A stretch of DNA of 64,000 bases from Clostridia bacterium. GTDB taxonomy: Bacteria > Bacillota > Clostridia > Christensenellales > DTU072. Below are positions 11,801 through 17,799 of this stretch, in pieces. Under the pieces are notes generated by a model. It searched no databases. It saw only the letters and a list, made by a program, of their open reading frames with translations, and was not told where the DNA came from. The stretch spans positions 64,774 through 128,773 of the forward strand of contig JAFVRJ010000007.1 of the NCBI GenBank assembly GCA_017504305.1, written 5' to 3'. Both the position numbers and the translations under genes were made by a program. The number at the start of each line of letters is the position of its first letter. Position 1 is the first letter of the stretch.

Positions 11801-12577
11801 GCACCGATGAGCGCGCAACTTACTATTTGTAAGGCTACTGCCGAAATCGTTGCTCAAGAGGTGTATGAGTTTGTTTATAACGGCGAAGTTCGTATGCCCA
11901 GCGTAACGATTGATAATACCGAGCAATTACTGCGTTACGAGTTGAGCGGGGAGCTAAAGGAAGTAGGCGAGTATTCTATAAGATACTACGTAAGTGAAAG
12001 CGCTAACTACACCTTCCAACAACGGACGGTTAAGGTGATTATTAATCCGCAGTCGATTGCAATAGGTAGCGTTTACGGTAGTCACCTTACTTCATTTATC
12101 GGTAAGGTTAGCGAGGGTAATTTAGGTATTGCTATAGGTAGTACGCTTACAATACCCATCGAAAACATAGCTAAACAAGAGATAACGTTTAAGGTGCTTA
12201 TCGATGGCCAAGCGAAGATGGGTAACTTCACCGTCAATCTACTTATTCCCGATGATATGGCGGGTAGTAACGTTAAGCTTTATAAGCTAATCGACGGCGA
12301 GTATCAAGAGGTTGCAGTTACGGTTAGTGGTAACTATTATATATTCAATACCGATTCACTTGGCACCTTCCGTTTGACTACGGATAAACGCCTTTCGATA
12401 GACGAAAACAACTCGATGGAGTGGTGGGCATGGCTCTTGATTGCTACCGCCGTTGCAACTATAATAAGTACGGTTGTAGTTGCGTTGATAATGTATAAAA
12501 AGGGAAAGTTATCCATTGATAAGGTTAAGAAAGTATTGGTTAAGTTAAAAGTAAAGTCAAGGAGCAAAAATGACTAA
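8894..12577 (+). CDS. Tail-anchored surface protein (1227 aa). Order of parts: signal peptide, GG-rich parallel beta-helix-like region, one Listeria-Bacteroides (InlB-B/Flg_new-type) repeat, about 7 MBG-like repeats, a pre-anchor beta domain, then a C-terminal TM helix with a Lys-rich tail.
   Basis: The ATG overlaps the upstream stop (TAATG), with a GAGGT RBS. The N-terminus MTKSTKILILTLFMMVALLGVNFLARQNSSAYA looks like an SPase I signal. GGALQF / INGGIF / INGGVF repeats are present. YLLTLVVDGEEHEFNVYYGSIVEP...GYEVYSWLD is the Flg_new-type repeat. The C-terminus is WWAWLLIATAVATIISTVVVALIMYKKGK...KSRSKND. Confidence 0.85.
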   Translation: MTKSTKILILTLFMMVALLGVNFLARQNSSAYAINQYAQIEVNKTADGYSYGNGDSFKTADTLQQVFDDVLSEEVTANAIFNFNNFSTSDTVVIDATRKVVISGTVKFEGATSDTFITLQGGALQFTGAIINSDRGKILEIKGGCEFVMESGNLSVSGDISGLIQSSVVNRGKTTLNGGVISYESTVGTNTGYAMSQFDSTASLTIAEGNTVQLYGSSALLIGGGEAVINGGIFVGNSDSVSENGSALKVRNDAKVTINGGVFRGEGEDRVVIISGSREGYIDFLGGTIEGKVLFGKESSANGARLKIDGKSILPTGEGLVEVSSSVLDEALTPTNAMLNVRTQEGYYVKEWSGIAKATPLVSEFSNGALIWPTLSNEYLLTLVVDGEEHEFNVYYGSIVEPNTLGLILPSGYEVYSWLDSSDNEAPAPFRVTSNVKYTAKLGVKAVEIGEIADVNKVYDGEVESRTIPVQRVEGLTYSAQWEGNTVGIWSPCNTGDSISFVSVADSGKYRVRVTVSDGVTQKESLSNEFKVEIAKATYGAITHPELNGVYDALKTLDDYTLQEGFTWVQETLKPTVPVKEYDATYCADSVNYNPIGVKITLNLQKAPAVTKSHNPIANRYVYDAEKTLADYPFESGSGWRWSDVNVIPTAGTKEYIACYNPDVDNYEDYITTVTLVIGKATYVAVEDVYLTVSYVNGLTLGSVLEQNAGNLTGYRLAQNADKSTLLNQCKVFEFNAVYNADSENYKDYNSVKIFVTVTKGSNTVDYNATNTINAGVYDPERTLQDIALNSPYWHWQSPQTVPTVTQSKYNLVYNPDASLFYDYILEVTVIVDKADLQSAVHRALSGTYSKDKTLSDYALDSGWSWQNGTIVPTVDVGSYQAVYDGGANYNLYYGEILLTLSKAKVDVTGITLSPLTVTYDGKAHSLAYSGTLPQGVSVTYYNNGKVNAGNYVVEMAFSQSDFINYLPIAPMSAQLTICKATAEIVAQEVYEFVYNGEVRMPSVTIDNTEQLLRYELSGELKEVGEYSIRYYVSESANYTFQQRTVKVIINPQSIAIGSVYGSHLTSFIGKVSEGNLGIAIGSTLTIPIENIAKQEITFKVLIDGQAKMGNFTVNLLIPDDMAGSNVKLYKLIDGEYQEVAVTVSGNYYIFNTDSLGTFRLTTDKRLSIDENNSMEWWAWLLIATAVATIISTVVVALIMYKKGKLSIDKVKKVLVKLKVKSRSKND

Positions 12578-13130
12578 AAAGAAGGTTTTACTTATATCTA
12601 CTATAGTGCTATGCGTGGCGATTGTGGCATCACTTGCAGTCGCTACTTACGCTATTTGGCAAAAACAAACGGAGGACGTTATCGATGTCGAAATACCGAC
12701 TACCGACTTCAATCCTTCGTTAAAGTATATTGTTTTCCAAGGGCTTGATAGCGAGGGTAACTTTACTGACGTTAATCCTACCTCGTATGCAGTAGTAGGT
12801 TACTCCGGCTTGATTGCTGAACTTGTCATACCCAGCGAACATTTGGGACTATCGGTAACCAAAATAACGGTTTCGCCCACCCAAATCAATACAAATCTTG
12901 CAGGAAATCAAATCGTAACCTCTATGGTTATACCGTCGACCGTAACACAAATCGATACCGGTGCTTGTGCAAATATGGTGGCTCTTAAGAGCGTAACAAT
13001 CCTCGGAGAAGAAGAGATTGCCATCAATAATTTAGCCTTTGCAGGCTGTGTGGAACTTGAAACTTTTACTTCAGAAAGAACGATAAACGGTGATAGAAGT
13101 AGCTACCTTTATAATACTTCTGTTAGTTAA
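12570..13130 (+). CDS. Small membrane-anchored or secreted protein with a BspA-type leucine-rich-repeat C-terminus and a TasA/SipW-type-like signal region.
   Basis: AAGGAG RBS; the start overlaps the upstream stop by 8 nt. The N-terminus is KKKVLLISTIVLCVAIVASLAVATYAIWQKQTED. The C-terminal part (VIPSTVTQIDTGACANMVALKSVTILGEEEIAINNLAFAGCVELETF) resembles BspA-like LRR units. Confidence 0.7.
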   Translation: MTKKKVLLISTIVLCVAIVASLAVATYAIWQKQTEDVIDVEIPTTDFNPSLKYIVFQGLDSEGNFTDVNPTSYAVVGYSGLIAELVIPSEHLGLSVTKITVSPTQINTNLAGNQIVTSMVIPSTVTQIDTGACANMVALKSVTILGEEEIAINNLAFAGCVELETFTSERTINGDRSSYLYNTSVS

Positions 13131-13810
13131 GGAGTTACGTTTTCGATAGGCGTTACAGCTACGCCAAACTTCAAATAAAGCTGATTGGAAATTAAAGCAG
13201 GATCACAAAGTTCATCGGGAAGTGCCAACCAAAACGTTATCGTTAGGTCAATATGGGCGCTTCCTTTTATATTAAAAGCGACTTCAGGAGTAATATTAAT
13301 ATCGGCTTCATCCGTTACGTTTTCTTCGATATAATCGACGTCGCCTATAATGTTAAAGCGAAGCTCGTTGTCGGTATTAATGTATTGTTCCTCACCGTTT
13401 GCATCGAGTATGTATGCCTGTACCGTCAAAACAAAGCTATAAAGCTCGGTAGTAGTGTCGTTAGGGTCCTCGTAGAAGTGGATGGAGTCTTCGTGAGTAT
13501 ACTGGGTAGCAACCGTTTGCACGTAGCTGATTGGCGAGTCGCTCTCACTGTAAACCTTGGTAACGTCAATATATTGATTGTCGCGTATGGCGTTGGGCAT
13601 TGCAACGGCAGGGGCAAGAGGTTCGTCTGCTACAAAGGGATTCTCGTCAAAACCTACGACTATATAACCTGCAGCAGGAATTTCAATTTCCTTATCACTA
13701 CTAATGCGAGAAAGATACCACGAGTAAGTGACCGTACCGAGTGCCAGTACGAGCGAAAAAGTAAGAACACAAGTTAAGATTAACAAAGACGTTTTCTTAT
13801 TCATTGTCAC
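13127..13810 (-). CDS. Secreted or anchored hypothetical protein (227 aa) with a TasA/camelysin-like (SipW-type) signal-peptide-like N-terminus.
   Basis: The N-terminus is KKTSLLILTCVLTFSLVLALGTVTYSWYLSRISSDKEIEIP. The start is ambiguous: GTG at 13810 overlaps the upstream stop as GTGA, and ATG at 13804 is the alternative. The 3' end overlaps the convergent gene 12570-13130 by 4 nt. Confidence 0.6.
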   Translation of the reverse strand: MTMNKKTSLLILTCVLTFSLVLALGTVTYSWYLSRISSDKEIEIPAAGYIVVGFDENPFVADEPLAPAVAMPNAIRDNQYIDVTKVYSESDSPISYVQTVATQYTHEDSIHFYEDPNDTTTELYSFVLTVQAYILDANGEEQYINTDNELRFNIIGDVDYIEENVTDEADINITPEVAFNIKGSAHIDLTITFWLALPDELCDPALISNQLYLKFGVAVTPIENVTP

Positions 13811-14544
13811 GTGGTAGGTATAATGGAGCCTTCGTCCATGCCGATCACAAAGGTTGCGTAGAAGGAAGAACCCATATATTCATAGTCGGAAAATTTGAAG
13901 GCAGTAACGTTTTCGGTTACGCCGTTGGTGGTATATTCGACGTAGGATGCTTCGTCCAAGAATATTAAGTCCAGCCTAATAAGGGCAGTACATTGTTTTT
14001 TAAAGGTACCGCTCACGTTAAAGTAGTTTTCGTCTTGGTAGGTGAGGGGATTGCCGTCCTCGTCTACAAGAACGCCGTTTTCGTTAGGATAAAAGGTTCC
14101 TTTAACGACGTATTCATTGTTTTCATCTCTATAAACGACCTTAACTCTATGGGTAAAGAAGCGTTCGATATTTGCAAACCCTTCGGTAGTCGACCTGATT
14201 TCCGTGCCGTTAGCTTTTTTAATCCAAACGTTGGTTAGTTCGCAAGTAACCGCATCGTTAGGGTAAGAGGATTCTTGCGAAATCTCAATAATTTTGGTGG
14301 CAACGTAGGGGGCGTCTATTCCGCCGAGACCGGTTTCGCCCTTGTATTGTACGATGTTATCTACAATATCGGTTATGCCGATATCGTCGATTGGTTGTGC
14401 GGTAATTACCGTTTCGGAAGTGTCGGCAGTATCGTTTTTAGTATACCATGCAAGAGTAACCATCGTTAAAATCAAAACGAGGGCTACCGCAGTAAGATGT
14501 ATACCTAAAAGGATAAGTTTCTTCTTCATGATCCGCATCTGCAC
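13807..14544 (-). CDS. Secreted or anchored hypothetical protein (245 aa) with a TasA/camelysin-like (SipW-type) signal-peptide-like N-terminus.
   Basis: The N-terminus is MKKKLILLGIHLTAVALVLILTMVTLAWYTKNDTAD. Three in-frame ATGs lie within the first 6 codons and there is no clear SD, so the exact start is uncertain. It is the first gene of a two-gene minus-strand unit. Confidence 0.6.
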   Translation of the reverse strand: MQMRIMKKKLILLGIHLTAVALVLILTMVTLAWYTKNDTADTSETVITAQPIDDIGITDIVDNIVQYKGETGLGGIDAPYVATKIIEISQESSYPNDAVTCELTNVWIKKANGTEIRSTTEGFANIERFFTHRVKVVYRDENNEYVVKGTFYPNENGVLVDEDGNPLTYQDENYFNVSGTFKKQCTALIRLDLIFLDEASYVEYTTNGVTENVTAFKFSDYEYMGSSFYATFVIGMDEGSIIPTT

Positions 14545-15006
14545 ATAGTTATTTATTATATTATAGCACTCGAAAAGTCATATTACAATACCAAATTCTT
14601 TATATACAACCTACCAATTTCACAAAGTATTAGCTCTTACTTGTGCTGTTAAAACGCTCCCGTCCCGCACATATTTTATTTATTAACTTTAGTTATTGAA
14701 AAGAAATATGAAAAGTGATAGAACAACATAAAATTGAACTAAAATTTAATTTTGGCACTACGGCGTGTGCTTGTTGTATACAAGTAGACCCAATTTCAAG
14801 GTATAAAAATTTTGGGTTTGGTGGGGGATGGTATCGCGAAAGAAATTCTCGCTATTTTTACGCAACCCCTTTTTCTTAAGTACACGTAAATTACTTCTGT
14901 TTATCTTCGTGTCCAAGTGCTTTGCACTTGCTTTCGCCAGGTTTGCTATGCAAACTTGCGCACCCCTTTGCTTTGCAAATGGGTGCGCCCTCCTAACTCT
15001 CCGCCA

Positions 15007-15043
15007 TCAAAAAAGCCCTAACCATTTAGGTTAAGGCTTTTGG
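15007..15043 (-). terminator. Intrinsic terminator immediately after tRNA-Ser.
   Basis: 13-bp stem with one mismatch (aaaagccctaacc / ggttaaggctttt) and a 5-nt loop. On the minus strand it is followed by a TTTTTT run. Confidence 0.75.
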
Positions 15044-15131
15044 TGGCGGAGAGTTAGGGATTCGAACCCCAGTTAGCTCTCACTAAAACGGTTTTCAAGA
15101 CCGCCGCATTCGACCGCTCTGCCAACTCTCC
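15044..15131 (-). tRNA. tRNA-Ser (anticodon UGA), long variable arm, CCA encoded.
   Basis: The reverse complement reads GGAGAGT-TG-GCA..TGC-G-GCGGT-CTTGAAA-ACCGT-TTTAGTGAGAGCTAAC-TGGGG-TTCGAAT-CCCTA-ACTCTCC-G-CCA. It has a 7-bp acceptor stem, a canonical T-loop, and anticodon loop CU-UGA-AA. Confidence 0.93.
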
Positions 15132-15141
15132 AAGTGCATCT

Positions 15142-15171
15142 ATATTACAACAATTATTGCGTAAATGTCAA
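15142..15171 (-). promoter_or_regulatory. Sigma-70-type promoter for tRNA-Ser.
   Basis: On the minus strand: TTGACA (15171-15166), 18-nt spacer, TAATAT (15147-15142). The -10 element ends 10 nt upstream of tRNA position 1. Confidence 0.55.
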
Positions 15172-15344
15172 TACTTTATAAAGAAAAATAGCAGGTTGTT
15201 CCTGCTATTTAACTATTCCAAATGAAGTAACACTAATAAATTCAACATCCTCTTTACGTTTATATTATAGCTCTAAAATTTAAGATTTTTTAAATATGGC
15301 AAAAAAGCTGTTATTTTTGGCAAAATGTATCGAATTTTTAAAAA

Positions 15345-15373
15345 TTGATTTTTAAGTAGAGTTGTATTATAAT
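15345..15373 (+). promoter_or_regulatory. Sigma-70-type promoter for the Ntn-hydrolase gene.
   Basis: TTGATT (15345-15350), 17-nt spacer, TATAAT (15368-15373), about 27 nt upstream of the ATG at 15400. Confidence 0.5.
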
Positions 15374-15399
15374 GTTTTTATTGTTTGTAGGAGCTGAAT

Positions 15400-16410
15400 A
15401 TGAGAGCTAAACTTGATGCAACACGAATTGAAACAATGCAATCGCTTACAAAAATTAACGATAGTTTATATACCGTTGATTGTAAGCATGATTATCACGT
15501 CGATGGGATGATCGAAAGTAACTCGGCGGGTGGCGTAATAAAAATGCTACGTTACGCATTTAAAAACGTTACACGTAAGCCTGTGGTAGTAAAAACTCCT
15601 CGTGCAGGATGCTCGGTGTTTACTGCTTTTAACAACGACGGCGAATATCTTATGGGGCGTAACTTTGATTATAAGGATGCGCCTTGCATGCTTGTAAGGA
15701 CGGCTCCCGAAAACGGCTACAGGAGCATTGGGTTTACCGATGCAAACTTTTTCATATGGGGTAAAAAGAGGGGACCAAAACAAAATAAACTCTACTCCCG
15801 CCTACTGCTTGCACCTCTACTTTGCGTGGACGGCATTAATGAAACAGGCCTTGCCATTGCCGTTTTAGAGTTAAAAACACCTCCGCTACATCAAAAGACT
15901 GGAAAAGCACCCATATCTACCTCTATTGTAATACGTAAAGTTCTTGATAGTGCGTCAACCGTAGAGGAGGCAATCGAGATTTTTAAACGCTACGACATGA
16001 ACGATATCGGTGGCGTTGCATATCACTTTGTCGTTTCTGACAGTAAGGGCAAGTCGGTGCTAATCGAGTACTTGAACGGTCAAATGCTTTTATTCTATCC
16101 CGAAAGTCGTCAGGGTAGCGAAGAATTCTTAAGCGTTACCAATCACTTTATTGCAGAGGGCGCACCCGAACCCAAACGCGGTGCGGGCTACGATAGACAA
16201 AAGCGCATAATCGACACGTTGACTGAAAAGGGCGGTAAGATTTCTGCTCCGGAGGCTATGGAACTTCTTTCCAACGTGCAACTCAACTATTATCACAAAC
16301 TGGGGTGGCCGGTAAGAACGCTATGGAGTGCGGTATATAACTCGACAACGGCATCGGTGGACTTATGCGTCGACCAAAACTATCAAGAGGTATTTAAGTT
16401 TAAAGTTTAA
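15400..16410 (+). CDS. Ntn-hydrolase of the choloylglycine hydrolase / penicillin V acylase / NAAA-acid ceramidase superfamily (linear amide C-N hydrolase). The nucleophile Cys is internal.
   Basis: AGGAG RBS. The motif C71-SVFTAFNNDGEYLMGRNFDY matches, with identical spacing, the Cys...DG....GRN.D(Y) core of bile-salt hydrolases and NAAA as I recall them. A 70-aa segment precedes the Cys and has no obvious signal peptide. Confidence 0.65.
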   Translation: MRAKLDATRIETMQSLTKINDSLYTVDCKHDYHVDGMIESNSAGGVIKMLRYAFKNVTRKPVVVKTPRAGCSVFTAFNNDGEYLMGRNFDYKDAPCMLVRTAPENGYRSIGFTDANFFIWGKKRGPKQNKLYSRLLLAPLLCVDGINETGLAIAVLELKTPPLHQKTGKAPISTSIVIRKVLDSASTVEEAIEIFKRYDMNDIGGVAYHFVVSDSKGKSVLIEYLNGQMLLFYPESRQGSEEFLSVTNHFIAEGAPEPKRGAGYDRQKRIIDTLTEKGGKISAPEAMELLSNVQLNYYHKLGWPVRTLWSAVYNSTTASVDLCVDQNYQEVFKFKV

Positions 16411-16411
16411 T

Positions 16412-16444
16412 AAAAAAGGCTCGCGGACAGCGAGCCTTGATTTT
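16412..16444. terminator. Bidirectional intrinsic terminator between convergent genes.
   Basis: aaggctcgc-ggaca-gcgagcctt (9-bp stem), flanked by an A-run and a T-rich run. Confidence 0.75.
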
Positions 16445-17720
16445 ATGCTTTTGCATAATCTTTTAATTCTTTTATTACGTCCAACATAAAGGCGCGGAAT
16501 ATCTTTTCATCCTCGTCGTTACCGCGTATGCCGATGGAGAAAGTAACCTCGTTTTGGAAGGTGGTTAACGCGAGTTGCATATAGGGCTTGTACTTGATTG
16601 CTCCCGACATAAATGCATCTTCGAGCATCAATCCGTTGACTGCATAGTCATTAGGATTGATTACTCCGATATTCGACATGCCGATATAGGGGTTGGTGTA
16701 TCCGATACGGATGGCGATTTCCGAAATACAATGCGGTAAAATGGTGTAGGCGAGCTTTAAAAGGGGCAAAGAGTACAATCCCGTAAATCTGTCCTCCTTG
16801 GCTCCTTTGAGCGCTTCCTTGACCTTTAAAACGGTCTCATCCATATCTTTGCCGTAATCGGCGGGTACGGTACAGGGCATAAAACCTATAAGGTTGGTTA
16901 AGCCATAGGTTTCACCGCCCATATAGCGCCTTAAGTCGTACATGCAAGGTACGGTGATTGCTTTACCTTTGGTATCTATCTTTTTATAAAGTGCGCGGAA
17001 GTAGGCTGCAACTAAAACGTCGTTGATTGTTGCACCGTTTGCTTTGCCCTTTGCTTTGACGGCTAAAAAGTCTTCTGCCGACAACTTTTCGCGTATAAGA
17101 CGACAATGATCTTCCTTGGTCTTTTTAGCGAAAGGGAAGGCGATTTTGCTATCTTCTTCGGTGATGTTTTTGAATAAGCCTTTTGCTATTTTTCTATCCT
17201 CATCGGAGAGTTTGGAGTACACTTGATCGGCCGAACGGGTACCGTTTTTGACTTCTACGTCAAAACTGCCACACTCGAAATACTTGTTGTAGGCTTCAAG
17301 TACCTTCATGTTAAAGTAGCGTAGATCGGTGCCGTCAAAACACATATGGTTGACGATGACGCCTAAAATATCTTTGCCGTTAGAACGGATAAGTCTTGCC
17401 TTGAATTGCACCTTGCCTTGTGCGGAAAGAGTGTCACCCATAAGCTTATCAAGCTCCTCGATGGGGGAGTCAGTTTCGATAAGAGCAAAAAAGTCTTCTG
17501 TTTTGTAATCGTTGTTGATGGTCCAATAGGGTTTGATAGGATCGTTATGGTAGGTGCTATGCAACACGTCTACTTTGCCTAATACCGCCATAAAACTCTT
17601 GGCAAGAATATCTTCGTCCAAAGTGCCGCTATAAAAATATGCGGTGTGCATCATGCGGTTGTAGTAGTTACGGAATAGGTATTGCATCTTATCCCACATT
17701 TCTGCTTTGTAAAGTTTCAT
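16443..17720 (-). CDS. Stand-alone condensation-domain / alcohol-acyltransferase-like acyltransferase (CAT-fold, HxxxDG motif).
   Basis: The catalytic-type motif VNHMCFDGTD (HxxxDG) sits about 130 aa from the N-terminus, and the ~425-aa size is typical of stand-alone C-domain/AATase-like proteins. I prefer the ATG at 17720 (GGAGGA RBS 5 nt upstream) over the track's TTG at 17738. Confidence 0.6.
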   Translation of the reverse strand: MKLYKAEMWDKMQYLFRNYYNRMMHTAYFYSGTLDEDILAKSFMAVLGKVDVLHSTYHNDPIKPYWTINNDYKTEDFFALIETDSPIEELDKLMGDTLSAQGKVQFKARLIRSNGKDILGVIVNHMCFDGTDLRYFNMKVLEAYNKYFECGSFDVEVKNGTRSADQVYSKLSDEDRKIAKGLFKNITEEDSKIAFPFAKKTKEDHCRLIREKLSAEDFLAVKAKGKANGATINDVLVAAYFRALYKKIDTKGKAITVPCMYDLRRYMGGETYGLTNLIGFMPCTVPADYGKDMDETVLKVKEALKGAKEDRFTGLYSLPLLKLAYTILPHCISEIAIRIGYTNPYIGMSNIGVINPNDYAVNGLMLEDAFMSGAIKYKPYMQLALTTFQNEVTFSIGIRGNDEDEKIFRAFMLDVIKELKDYAKA

Positions 17721-17740
17721 ATTTTCCTCCATGAGCAATA

Positions 17741-17775
17741 GCTCAAAAAATTCGGGGGACTTTCAATCCCCCGAA
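17741..17775 (-). terminator. Strong intrinsic terminator after the giant gene.
   Basis: On the minus strand: ttcggggga-ttgaaag-tcccccgaa (9-bp GC-rich stem) followed by TTTTTTG. Confidence 0.8.
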
Positions 17776-17799
17776 AGTCTTAAGATTTTTTATTAATTT

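Noticed and set aside
14828-15034. A 68-aa plus-strand ORF in the tRNA-Ser-proximal intergenic region.
   Set aside because: It has no RBS. Its sequence is built from the palindrome array and the inverted tRNA fragment, and it ends inside the tRNA terminator. It is better explained as non-coding structure.
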